Shown: positions 10,702-22,791, counted from the stretch's first letter. The stretch is 44,593 nt of DNA from Planctomycetota bacterium (GCA_031409275.1 JANNXA010000011.1:1-44593), one strand, 5' to 3'. Program-made: numbers and translations. Notes: a model not told the origin generated them from the letters alone.

Positions 10702-13620
10702 ATGGCTGTCCGCTGGCTGCACCTGTTCTGCCGAACCGCACTGGTCGCTGCCTGCAGTTGCGGCGCGCCGAAGCTCCCCGTCGCGGCCGCGCGCGCACAG
10801 GGAATGGGTGGCGACGAAGCGCCCGCGAAGGTGCTTCCGCTCGCGTCGTGGCGCGCCCAGGATTTCGTCGACGACTCGCGCGTCGATGCGCTGGAGCTCG
10901 CGCCCGACGGGATGAACGTCGTCTTCACGAAGCTCGTTCCCGACACGAAGCGCGACTTGCGCGTTTCGCGCCTGTGGCTCGCCGATCTCGCGATGCGCCA
11001 GCAGCGACCGCTGACGAGCGGCGCCTTCGAGGAGCACGCGCCCTGTTTCAATGAAGATGGCAAACGCATCGCCTTCCTGTCGACGCGGCCGGCGGCAGAC
11101 GCCTCGAGCCAAGGCAGCGTGCAAGCGGGTGCGACGGCGCGGCAGCAGGTGTTCGTGCTGCGCATGGACGGCGGCGAACCCTTCGCCGTGACCGCGCTGC
11201 CGGAAGGCGCCGTCGGCGTGCAGTGGGCCAGCAAGAACCGACTGATCGTCGCCGCGCGCGAGCGGCTGACGCAGGCGGAGCTGGCGCAACGCGACGCGCA
11301 GGATCGCAGCGTCGTCGTCGAGGACCCCGTCGGCTTCGCCGCCGCTGCCGTCCGCCTCTTCGAGGTGACGCTCGCCGCGGACGATGCGCCGAGCGTGCGC
11401 CGCCTCACCACCAACGTCGACACCATCACCACCTTCGCGGTGGCGCCCGATGGCGACGCGATCGCCGCGCTGGCCAGCCGCTCACCACAGGAAGAAATCG
11501 ATGGCCGCGTGCCGCCGCGCGCCTTCCTGCTCGACGTCGCATCAGGCCAGGAGCGCGAGCTCTTCGCGACCAGGCGCAGCAAACCGTCCTCCTTCGCGTG
11601 GTCCGCGGAAGGCGACTACCTCTATGCCGCCGGCAACTCGCCGACCGTCGATGGCGAGCAGATGGCCGGCGTGGCGTTGGCATGGGAGATCGAGCGCGCG
11701 AACGCGGTCGAACGGCCGATCGAGCTCGGCTGGGAGCGCGGGCTGCAGGACGCGCACGTCGTGCCGGTGAGCGGCGGCTTCGTCGCCGCGCTCGCGGACG
11801 GCGTCGCGCCGAAGTTCGCCCGCTTCACGCGCGGCAGCGACGGCGGCTGGAGCAAGGCGTGGCTGACCGGTACCGATGCGGCGCGCCTCTTCGAGTTCGC
11901 CGCGCGCCCCGGCATCGACACCGTCGTCTATCACGCCTCGAGTGCGGCGGACCCGGGACGCTGGTGCACCGCCGGCCTGATCGAGGCGGAGCTGCGCGAC
12001 GAGCGCGAACTCGAAATCGTGGTGCCGATGGGTGCCGGTCGGCCGCTAGCGAAGGTCGAGACGCTCCGCTTCGCCGGCGCGAATGGGGACGAGATCGAGG
12101 CTCTGCTGTGGCATCCGATCGCGGCGGAGGAGGGGCGCAAGCGGCCGCTGCTGCTGATGACGCACGGCGGTCCCTACGGGCTGGACGTCGACCGCTTCAC
12201 CGATCGTTGGGGTTACGCCCGCCACCTCTTCGCCGAGCGCGGCTGCTACGTGCTGGCGGTCAACTACCACGGCAGCGCCGGCTACGGCCGCGCCTTCGCC
12301 GAGTCGATCAAGGGGCGCTTCTACGAGTTCGAGCTGATCGACCTGGTCAAGGGAATCGAGCACGTCGCCGCGCACCATCCCGTCGACCTCGAAGCGCTCG
12401 GCTGCCTCGGCTGGAGCAACGGCGCGATCCTCTCGATTGCGCTCACGGCGATGCTCCCGGACTTCGCGCCGGGCTCGAAGCTCGACTTCAAGGTCTGCGT
12501 CGCCGGCGCCGGCGACGTCAACTGGACCAGCGATTACGGCAACTGCCGCTTCGGACCGGCCTTCGATGACTACTACCTCGGCGGCCCGCCGTGGCGCGCG
12601 CGCGACGCCTATCTGGCGAAGTCGCCGCTCTTCCACGCCGAGCGCGTGACCACCCCGACGCTGATCCTCTTCGGTGGCGCCGACACCAGCGTGCCGACGT
12701 CGCAAGGCCACGAGTGGTACCGCGCGCTGCAGCAGATCGGCCGCGCGCCAGTCCGTTTCGTCCTCTTCCCGGAAGAGCCGCACAGCTTGCAGCGCCTCTC
12801 CTCGCAGCGGCGCAAGCTCGAAGAGGAGATCGCCTGGGTCGAGCGCTACCTGCCGGGGCTCGCGAAGGAGGCGACGACCTCCGCGGCGACCTCGGCGATG
12901 CGCGAAGGCTCGCCGCTCTGGAGCGCGATCGAGGCGGAGGCGTTCGCGCGCGTCGGGGATGCCTTCGGCGAGCCGCTCCAATCGGCGCGCATGAACTGGC
13001 CGACGAAGGAGCGCGCGGCACCGATCCCCGAAGTCGTCGACGTCGACGGGCTCGCGATCGGGCGCTTCGAGGTGACGCGCGCGCAATGGCGGGCGTTCCG
13101 CACGGACACCGAGGTGGCGGCCGGCGACGAGAACCTGCCGATCGCCGGGGTGTCGATCACCGACGCGCTGGCCTACGTTGAGTGGCTCTCCAGAGTGACC
13201 GGCGCGCGGTGGCGGCTGCCGCGAATCGACGAACTCGAACCGCTCGTGGCCGCCGCGCCCGCCGGCGAGAACACGCTCGACCGCTGGGCCGGCTACGCGC
13301 CGTCGCCCGAAGAAGCGGCGCTGCTGCTGGAGCGAGCCGTGCAAGAACTCGGCGAACGTGCACCGCGGACCTCCGCGCTGTTGTGGAGCGTGGGATCGGG
13401 ACCACCGCTGGTGCGCGGGCCGCCGGGCCGTCGCGTCGCGCTCTACGACCTCGGCGGCAACGTCGCCGAATGGGCGCTCGACGGCGATGGTGGCCGCGAG
13501 GAGAAAGCGCGCGCCATCGGCGGCTGCGCTTGGCAGGCGAGCGATCCCGGCCATACGGTGCGAACGGCACCGCACGGGGTGACGGGGCTGCGCGTCGTGC
13601 GCGAAACGACGAAGGAGTGA
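10702..13620 (+). CDS. S9 (prolyl oligopeptidase/acylaminoacyl peptidase) family peptidase with C-terminal FGE-sulfatase (SUMF1)-like domain, probable lipoprotein
   Basis: N-terminal beta-propeller, HGGP, GWSNGA (Ser), GADTSVP (Asp), EEPHSL (His). C-terminal RFEVTRAQW...WRLP...LYDLGGNVAEW...GLRVVR. SD GAGGAGG. Confidence 0.9.
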   Translation: MAVRWLHLFCRTALVAACSCGAPKLPVAAARAQGMGGDEAPAKVLPLASWRAQDFVDDSRVDALELAPDGMNVVFTKLVPDTKRDLRVSRLWLADLAMRQQRPLTSGAFEEHAPCFNEDGKRIAFLSTRPAADASSQGSVQAGATARQQVFVLRMDGGEPFAVTALPEGAVGVQWASKNRLIVAARERLTQAELAQRDAQDRSVVVEDPVGFAAAAVRLFEVTLAADDAPSVRRLTTNVDTITTFAVAPDGDAIAALASRSPQEEIDGRVPPRAFLLDVASGQERELFATRRSKPSSFAWSAEGDYLYAAGNSPTVDGEQMAGVALAWEIERANAVERPIELGWERGLQDAHVVPVSGGFVAALADGVAPKFARFTRGSDGGWSKAWLTGTDAARLFEFAARPGIDTVVYHASSAADPGRWCTAGLIEAELRDERELEIVVPMGAGRPLAKVETLRFAGANGDEIEALLWHPIAAEEGRKRPLLLMTHGGPYGLDVDRFTDRWGYARHLFAERGCYVLAVNYHGSAGYGRAFAESIKGRFYEFELIDLVKGIEHVAAHHPVDLEALGCLGWSNGAILSIALTAMLPDFAPGSKLDFKVCVAGAGDVNWTSDYGNCRFGPAFDDYYLGGPPWRARDAYLAKSPLFHAERVTTPTLILFGGADTSVPTSQGHEWYRALQQIGRAPVRFVLFPEEPHSLQRLSSQRRKLEEEIAWVERYLPGLAKEATTSAATSAMREGSPLWSAIEAEAFARVGDAFGEPLQSARMNWPTKERAAPIPEVVDVDGLAIGRFEVTRAQWRAFRTDTEVAAGDENLPIAGVSITDALAYVEWLSRVTGARWRLPRIDELEPLVAAAPAGENTLDRWAGYAPSPEEAALLLERAVQELGERAPRTSALLWSVGSGPPLVRGPPGRRVALYDLGGNVAEWALDGDGGREEKARAIGGCAWQASDPGHTVRTAPHGVTGLRVVRETTKE

Positions 13621-13623
13621 CGA

Positions 13624-14010
13624 GTCGCGACGAAGAGGGCCAGCGCGAAGGGCTCTTCCGGCAACGGCGCCCGCTACTCCGGCACCCCGTTGGTGAAGAA
13701 GCTCGGCATCAAGGCGGGCGATCTGGTGGCGCTCTTCGGCGCGCCGCCTCACTACCTCCATCTGCTCGGCGAGCTGCCGCCCGGCGTCACCTTCCGCGAT
13801 GGAGGCCGCGGCACGGCGTGCTTCGCCCATTGCGTCACCGCCTCGCGCGCCGAGCTGGCCAGGCTGCTTCCGAAGCTGGCGAAGATCGTCTTTCCGGCCG
13901 GCACGCTCTGGATCTCGTGGCCCAAGCGAAGCTCGCCTCTCGTCCGCGGATTCGGGCCACTCCCGAGCTCGAGCAAGCCGGGCGACGCCGGCTCGAAATC
14001 CTCGAACTGA
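13624..14010 (+). pseudogene. Decayed DUF3052-like gene (start codon apparently lost, C-terminus truncated)
   Basis: YSGTPLVKKLGIK and LWISWPKRSS are recognisable. SD AAGGAG (13612-13617) is followed 6 nt later by GTC rather than a start codon. The family's usual C-terminal segment (LVDxKVCAxDxxWSGLK-like) is not visible in any forward frame. Confidence 0.6.
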
Positions 14011-14061
14011 CTCCTCGAAGCGGCCCGACGGGAGTGGAGTCGGCGGCGAGCCGCGCGTCGA

Positions 14062-14676
14062 TCACTCCTTGCCACCGCCCGCGCCACCGCCCGCGCCGCC
14101 TTCGGCCGGCGGCGACGCAGCGGGAGCTGCCGGCGCGGCGGGGAGCTTCACTACGACCATGTCGGCCACCTTGAGGCTCTCCGGCGCGAACCGGCCGTTC
14201 AGCGCGAGACCGCCGGGCAGCGGCGTGTAGAGCTCGATCGAGACTTGCGAGATCGGCGCCGGGAAACCGGGAATCATCGGCTTCGTCGACGGCGTGATGG
14301 TGGCGATGCAGAGCACCGGAACGTCGTCGGGAACATGCTCGAGCGGCCCGCGCTCCGAAGGCTCCGCGTTCGCATCGGTCATGCCCATCATCATCGTCTG
14401 GTGGTAGTCGCTCTCGTACCAACGCATCGTCGCCGCCTTGTCCTCGAACCAGGCGAAGATCACCGACTTGCGCGTCGAAGTGAACGCCGTCTCGACGCCG
14501 AGGCACCCCTTCGTCGCCCGGACCGACTCGACGAGTTCGTTGCCCATCGCACCTTGCGCCGGAGGTCCGCCGCGGCCGGCGGGCGGGGCTCCTTGCGCGA
14601 CGATCCAGGCGACGACATTGAACGGCGGCGCAACGGCGAGCGCAGCGCCGCAAACGAGCAGACGAGCAAGCTTCAT
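14062..14676 (-). CDS. Exported hypothetical protein with an ABM-like (dimeric alpha+beta barrel) segment
   Basis: Start MKLARLLVCGAALAVA after SD GGAGAG. LVESVRATKGCLGVE...IFAWFEDKAATMRWYESDYHQ resembles the antibiotic-biosynthesis-monooxygenase W..S..H pattern. Ala/Gly-rich tail. Confidence 0.7.
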   Translation of the reverse strand: MKLARLLVCGAALAVAPPFNVVAWIVAQGAPPAGRGGPPAQGAMGNELVESVRATKGCLGVETAFTSTRKSVIFAWFEDKAATMRWYESDYHQTMMMGMTDANAEPSERGPLEHVPDDVPVLCIATITPSTKPMIPGFPAPISQVSIELYTPLPGGLALNGRFAPESLKVADMVVVKLPAAPAAPAASPPAEGGAGGGAGGGKE

Positions 14677-14779
14677 CGGTCTCTCCAGGTCGGGCCGTGA
14701 CGGCGATTCCGTGCGGCGACATCCCTGGTTCCGAGTTCGCGTCGATTTCGCGGCGAGAAAATCGCGAGCCGTCGCCGGC

Positions 14780-17986
<3,207 letters not shown>

Positions 17987-18003
17987 CGTGGCCTCCCTAT
18001 CGG

Positions 18004-18702
18004 TCAGCCCGAAACGAGTCGGGCGAGCTCGGCGCAACGACGAGCCACTTCGCCCGGCGTTGCGCGCGGATCATGGAACGCCACGACCTCGTGCAGCGCC
18101 ACCACGAACTCGCGGCGCGCGGCGGCGAACTCGTGGTGCAACGCCGCCGGCTCGACGCCCCACTCCCGCGCGACGTCGCGAATCGCCTGGTCGTCGCCGA
18201 AGCGGCGTTTCAGCAGCAGGACGCGTTGCATCGCCCGCTCGCCGGCAGCCGCGGCTCGCTTTTCCTGCAGCGCGGCGGCCTCGCGCAGCAACGCCTGCGC
18301 GAAGGCGCGATCGAAGGCGCGCGAGAGCGTCGGCTCGTCGATCGGCAGCTGGTCGAGCTGCACCGACTCCGCCGCCGCAGGGGCCCGCGCCGCGCGACGC
18401 TCTTCGAAACGGCGCGCCACGTTGCGCGCGATCCCGTAGAGGAACGGCTGGAAGCTGCCCTCGGCCGGTTGCGCCTTTCCGAGCGCGCCGCCCGGCCGCA
18501 AGCACTCGACGAAGACCTCTTGCACGGCGTCGTCGGCGTCCTGGGCGAGCGGGCCGCCGCGCCAGCGCGCCGCGAAGTAGGCCGCGAGCGGCTCTCCGTA
18601 GCGCCGCGCGAACAGCTCACGCTCCGCGGCAGCTCCCGCCGCCGCTGAGCGAATCACCGTCCAGCAGGTCGATGGCCCGGGATCATGCTGCGCACCGCTC
18701 AT
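18004..18702 (-). CDS. ECF sigma factor of the planctomycete kinase-associated type
   Basis: N-terminal STCWTVI motif, region 2 DADDAVQEVFVECL...GSFQPFLYGIARN, divergent region 4 (IRDVAREWGVEPAALHHEFAAAR). Ends 17 nt upstream of the kinase start. Confidence 0.85.
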   Translation of the reverse strand: MSGAQHDPGPSTCWTVIRSAAAGAAAERELFARRYGEPLAAYFAARWRGGPLAQDADDAVQEVFVECLRPGGALGKAQPAEGSFQPFLYGIARNVARRFEERRAARAPAAAESVQLDQLPIDEPTLSRAFDRAFAQALLREAAALQEKRAAAAGERAMQRVLLLKRRFGDDQAIRDVAREWGVEPAALHHEFAAARREFVVALHEVVAFHDPRATPGEVARRCAELARLVSG

Positions 18703-18715
18703 TCGCAGCGGCGCC

Positions 18716-21628
18716 TCACGACTTCGGAGTGGCGACGAAGACGTTCTCCTTGCCCTTCCCGAAGATCGGCTTGGCCAGTGCGTTCATCTCCGCCAGCGTG
18801 ATCTTCTCGAACGTCGCCTTGTAGGCGCGCATCTCGTCGATGACGGCCGGCTTCTGGTGGGCCGCGCGCAACGCGCTGAACCAGGTGCCGTAGTCCTTCA
18901 GCGTCTCCTCGACGCTGCCGAGTCGCGCCGTGCGCATGCGGTCGAGCTCCGGCTGCGTGATGCCCTTGCTGCTCATCGACTCCATGGCGGCGACGCACGC
19001 CTTCGCCATGTCATCCACCTTGGCCGGATCGACCTGCACGTCGAGCGTGACCCAGCCGAGTCCGCGCCACTCCTCGCTGCCCCATACGGCAGCGCGCGGC
19101 GAATAGGCCCCGCCACGCTTCTCGCGGATCTCGATGCGCAGGCGGTCGTTGACGATGTCCTCGAGCAGCTCGAGCTTGCGCGCCGTCGCCGCGTCGATGG
19201 CATCGGGACAGGGATAGAGGACGTGGATCAACGCGCTCTTGTCGCCGGTATCGATCGCGGCGCGGACGTTCAGTCCGCTCTTCAGCGGCGCGATCGCGCG
19301 GCGCGATTCGTTGGGACGGCCCGCGCGGCGGGTCGGAAGGGTGGCGAACGTCGAGAAGAGCGACTTCTCGAACTTGCCCGCGTCGACGCCGGCTGCCGTG
19401 ATCGCGATGGGACCATCGAGCTGCGCCTGCAGGAAGGCCCGGGCCTGCTCGATCGTCACCGCCGCGACCGCCTCCTTGGTCGGGCGCGAGAGCCGCGGTT
19501 CGGGCGCGCGCACGTCGTCGTGGAACTTCCCGAGGAGCTGCCCGAGGTGCTCCTTTCCCTCGCCCTCCTTGAACTCCTCGTCGAGCTTCGCCTTCCACTC
19601 GTCCCACGCTTCCTGCCGGAAGCCCGGATCGGTCAGGTAGGCGCAAATCGACTCGAAGTCGCGCTTCGGATCGGCGCCGTAGATCACGTTGCCGGAGAAG
19701 ACCAGCGCGTCGGCCTCGATGTCGAAGCCGACCGCGCCGCCAGCGGCCTGCACGGTCGCCCAGTCGTTCTTGCCGAGACCGCCGCGCAGGAACCAGCGCG
19801 CGGCGGCGTAGGCGATGGCGTGCTGGCCGGGTTCGAGCGCCGATTCGCCCTCGCCGACGCGCACCTCCCAACGCCCGAATCCGCGCGCATCGCCGTCGGA
19901 CTTGCGATAGAGCGCCTTGACGCCGTTCTTCAGCGCGATCGACGCCGACTTGAGGTCGTCGAATCGCTGCACGGTCGCGGTGGCATCGCGGACCACGTCG
20001 GGCTTGGCATACGCGAACGTGCTCGGGTCGACCGGCTTGGTCTCGCCTTCCTTCTTCGGCTCGTCCTCTTTCCCGGTCTCGCCCTCCTTCGGCGGCTCCG
20101 CGGCGGCGACGACCATCGGCGTGGCGAGATCGGTCGCCTTCGCCGCGTTCCACACTTCCATGATCTCCGCTTGCGGGTCGGCGCCGAGGTCGATGCCTCC
20201 CTCGGTGTAGATCACGAACTCTCCCTGCGCCCACTCCTCACGCAGGACCTTCATCAGGCTGGCCGCGCTCAGCCCCTTGGTGCCCGGCCGCATCGCCTCC
20301 TTGCGCGCGCGGTCCTCCATCGGCACGTAGCGGCCGTTGCACGCCGTCATCAGTTCGTTCACGAAGTCGATCGAATGGGGCGGCGGCGTCACGGAACGCG
20401 GCACCAGCCGCTGCTGGAACGCGGTCCACGCCTTCTTCACCTCGTCGTCGGTGCAGCCCTGATCGAGCAGGCGGCGCAGCTCGCGTTCGGCCGCGGTGAG
20501 CGCGTCGCGCCACTTGGCCGCCTCGCACGAGATCTGCACCAACGGGCCTTGCACCTGCTGCTCGAAGTTGAAGAGCTGCGCGCCGGCACCGCGGAACGGC
20601 AGCTTCTCCTTCTCCTGCCGCTCGTTCAGGCGCTGACCGACGAGGATCATCGCGATCTGGATCGGGATGCCGGCGACGAGGTTGGCGCTGTCGTCGCGCC
20701 TCAACTTGAACGGCCGCAGCTTGGCGATGTTGATGGTGCCGCCATCGCCACCCGACTCGATCGAGAAGAACTTGTGCTTGAAGCTCGGCGTGCCCAGATC
20801 GGGGCGCTCGGCCGCCTCGCCCTTCGGCACCGGGATCGAGCCGAGGTGCTCCTCGATCAGCACGGTCGGGTCGAGCGAACCGAAGTCGCCCACGATCATG
20901 AAGGTCATGTTCTCGGGCCGGTACCAGCGCTTGTAGAACGCGAGGCAGCTCTTGCCGGTGAACTTGGCGCGCACGTCCTTGATGCCGATCGGCAGCCGTT
21001 GCGTGAGGCGCAAGCCGTCGCCGAGCTTGGTCATCCGCTCGACGAAGAGGCGAAAGCCGGGGCTGTCGCGGTCGCGCTGCTCGGAGTCGATGACCCCCTT
21101 CTCGGCCTGGACCTCCTTGTCGTCCATCTTGAGGCCGCTGGCGACGTCGCGCATCCATTGGAAGGCGATCTTGAGTCGCGCCGGTTCGGTGTCAGGGAGA
21201 TCGAGCTCGTAGACGGTCTCGTCCATGCCGGTGTGGGCGTTCACGTCGGAGCCGAACTTGATGCCCTGCTTGTTGAACGTCTCGACGAGCGTGCCCGCCT
21301 TGAACTTGGTGGTGCCGTTGAAGGCCATGTGCTCGACGAAGTGCGCCATGCCTTGTTCGGTGTCGTCCTCGACGAGGCTGCCGATGTCGACGTGCAGGCG
21401 CAGGAAGATCTGCTTCGGCGGGTTGTGGCTCTTGACCCAGACGTAGCGCATGCCGTTCTTCAGCGCCCCGAAGTTGAACTTCGGGTCGACGGGCAGGTCG
21501 GAGTCCTCGTGCTCCCACTCGCGCGGCTCGACCTCGATGGCGGCGGCAGCGGCCGGCTTGGGCTTCGTCTGCGCGGCTGGAAAGAGCGACCCGGCGAGCA
21601 GGGGCAGGACACACAGAATCGAGCGCAT
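18716..21628 (-). CDS. M16 family zinc metallopeptidase (insulinase/PqqL-like), exported
   Basis: Inverted zinc motif GMAHFVEHMAFNGT, FGSDVNAHTGMDETVY, RLPIG, FYKRWYRPENM and C-terminal IREKRGGAYS. Signal peptide MRSILCVLPLLAGSLFPAA after SD GGAGGA. Confidence 0.93.
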   Translation of the reverse strand: MRSILCVLPLLAGSLFPAAQTKPKPAAAAAIEVEPREWEHEDSDLPVDPKFNFGALKNGMRYVWVKSHNPPKQIFLRLHVDIGSLVEDDTEQGMAHFVEHMAFNGTTKFKAGTLVETFNKQGIKFGSDVNAHTGMDETVYELDLPDTEPARLKIAFQWMRDVASGLKMDDKEVQAEKGVIDSEQRDRDSPGFRLFVERMTKLGDGLRLTQRLPIGIKDVRAKFTGKSCLAFYKRWYRPENMTFMIVGDFGSLDPTVLIEEHLGSIPVPKGEAAERPDLGTPSFKHKFFSIESGGDGGTINIAKLRPFKLRRDDSANLVAGIPIQIAMILVGQRLNERQEKEKLPFRGAGAQLFNFEQQVQGPLVQISCEAAKWRDALTAAERELRRLLDQGCTDDEVKKAWTAFQQRLVPRSVTPPPHSIDFVNELMTACNGRYVPMEDRARKEAMRPGTKGLSAASLMKVLREEWAQGEFVIYTEGGIDLGADPQAEIMEVWNAAKATDLATPMVVAAAEPPKEGETGKEDEPKKEGETKPVDPSTFAYAKPDVVRDATATVQRFDDLKSASIALKNGVKALYRKSDGDARGFGRWEVRVGEGESALEPGQHAIAYAAARWFLRGGLGKNDWATVQAAGGAVGFDIEADALVFSGNVIYGADPKRDFESICAYLTDPGFRQEAWDEWKAKLDEEFKEGEGKEHLGQLLGKFHDDVRAPEPRLSRPTKEAVAAVTIEQARAFLQAQLDGPIAITAAGVDAGKFEKSLFSTFATLPTRRAGRPNESRRAIAPLKSGLNVRAAIDTGDKSALIHVLYPCPDAIDAATARKLELLEDIVNDRLRIEIREKRGGAYSPRAAVWGSEEWRGLGWVTLDVQVDPAKVDDMAKACVAAMESMSSKGITQPELDRMRTARLGSVEETLKDYGTWFSALRAAHQKPAVIDEMRAYKATFEKITLAEMNALAKPIFGKGKENVFVATPKS

Positions 21629-21970
21629 GGGTCCTCCAAAACCGGACGGCGGGCACACGAAGAGAGCGAGGCCGGCGGCAGCACCGGCGCCCGAGGAAGC
21701 GGCGTCAGGGTAGCAGGTGCTCCCGGGAGCCCCCGGGGGCTCTCTTGGCACGATCCGAGGCGCCATCCGTTCCGCGGGCGCCTCGCCTTCGCCCCAGCGC
21801 GCATCGGCCGGAGCCATTCCGGCCATCGGCCGACCGTGCGACTTTGCAGCCGACGCGAAACAGGACCCGCATCGCGGATCCATAATCGCGGCCCATTCGT
21901 ACGAAGACGATCCCCGCGGCACCGTCGACCGGCTGCCTACCTCGGATCCTCGAATCATGGAGACGACCCG

Positions 21971-22603
21971 ATGAACAAGAGCACCCTCCGCGGCGCGCTG
22001 CTGCTCGCCGCATTCGCAGGCGCGGCCGTCGCGCCAAACCGTGACTTGCGCGCGCAAGCGGCCGCCGCCAGCCAGGAGAAGAAAGAGACCAGCGGCAAGG
22101 TGGGCGAGATGATCCCCGCGGCCACGGTCAAGGTGATGCGCGATGGCAAGGAAGCCACGCTCGACACCCAGAAGAACAACAAGGTCACCGCCTACGTGCT
22201 GGTCGGGGTGACCTGCCCCGCTACCAAGCCCTACGCCGAGCGGCTCGCGGCGCTCGAGGCGGCCTACATGCAGAAGGGCGTCGACTTCGTCTACGTCTAC
22301 GTCAACAAGCCGGAGTCGCTCGCGGACAAGGCGAAGTTCCACAAGGAGTGCAAGTTCGCGGGCGCGATGTGGAACGACGAGAACTCCACGTTCGCCAAGG
22401 CGCTGAAGGCCGGCAAGACCGGCGAGGTGTTGATCGCCGACAAGGAAGGCAAGGTCCTCTACCGCGGCGGCATCGACGACAACCTGAGCGACCCGACCAA
22501 GGCGAAGCAGAAGTTCGTCCAGTCCGCGCTCGATGAGATCCTCGCCGGCAAGGCCGTCACGAAGACCACGGGCTCGGTCTTTGGCTGAGGCATCAAGATG
22601 TGA
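21971..22603 (+). CDS. Exported redoxin (AhpC/TSA, PRX-like thioredoxin fold), predicted selenoprotein with Sec at codon 206 (TGA 22586-22588)
   Basis: Signal peptide, TCP motif (Cys82), YRGGIDD, ALDEILAGK, then SVFG-TGA-GIKM-TGA, matching the family's C-terminal G-C-x-I-K motif. SECIS-like hairpin at 22604-22623. The redoxin call is more certain than the Sec read-through. Confidence 0.85.
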
Positions 22604-22623
22604 GAGCTGCCGGTCGGCAGCTC
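22604..22623 (+). promoter_or_regulatory. Candidate bacterial SECIS element
   Basis: Perfect 8-bp stem GAGCTGCC/GGCAGCTC with loop GGTC. There are 23 nt between the UGA and the loop. No U-tract follows, so it does not look like a terminator. Confidence 0.7.
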
Positions 22624-22664
22624 CTGAACGACGACCTGACAGTTGACCTGAAAGATGCATCGTG

Positions 22665-22701
22665 AGGGGGAAGACGGAGTGATCCGCCTTCCCCCTTTTT
22701 T
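22665..22701 (+). terminator. Rho-independent terminator of the redoxin gene
   Basis: GGGGGAAG-A-CGGA-GTGA-TCCG-C-CTTCCCCC followed by TTTTTT: a strong stem with a GNRA loop and a U-tract. Confidence 0.85.
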
Positions 22702-22791
22702 CGTTTCGCGGCAAGACGCTGACCTTTTTTCTGTGATTCGCCGTTCGACGGGGGTTTGCGGGTAGCGAACGTTGACGCCATCCTTCGCGCC

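Noticed and set aside
13618..13620. TGA ending the S9 peptidase is in frame with the DUF3052-like sequence, suggesting read-through or Sec
   Set aside because: The FGE-like domain ends naturally at GLRVVR, no conserved Cys is expected here and no SECIS-like hairpin is evident. A mutated start codon explains it better.
13021..13620. FGE/C-type-lectin-fold domain as a diversity-generating retroelement target
   Set aside because: No reverse transcriptase and no template/variable repeat pair is visible in the window.
21745..21761. TTGGCACG as a sigma-54 -24 element
   Set aside because: There is no TTGC -12 element, and the nearest GC is 11 rather than 10 nt from the GG.
18857..21970. 5' part of the 1243-aa plus-strand ORF 18857..22588
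   Set aside because: It is the antisense shadow of the M16 peptidase. Only the part from ATG 21971 (SD GGAG, signal peptide, redoxin motifs) looks like a real protein.
22604..22623. GAGCTGCC hairpin as an intrinsic terminator
   Set aside because: It has no U-tract and a canonical terminator lies at 22665-22701, so a SECIS role fits better.
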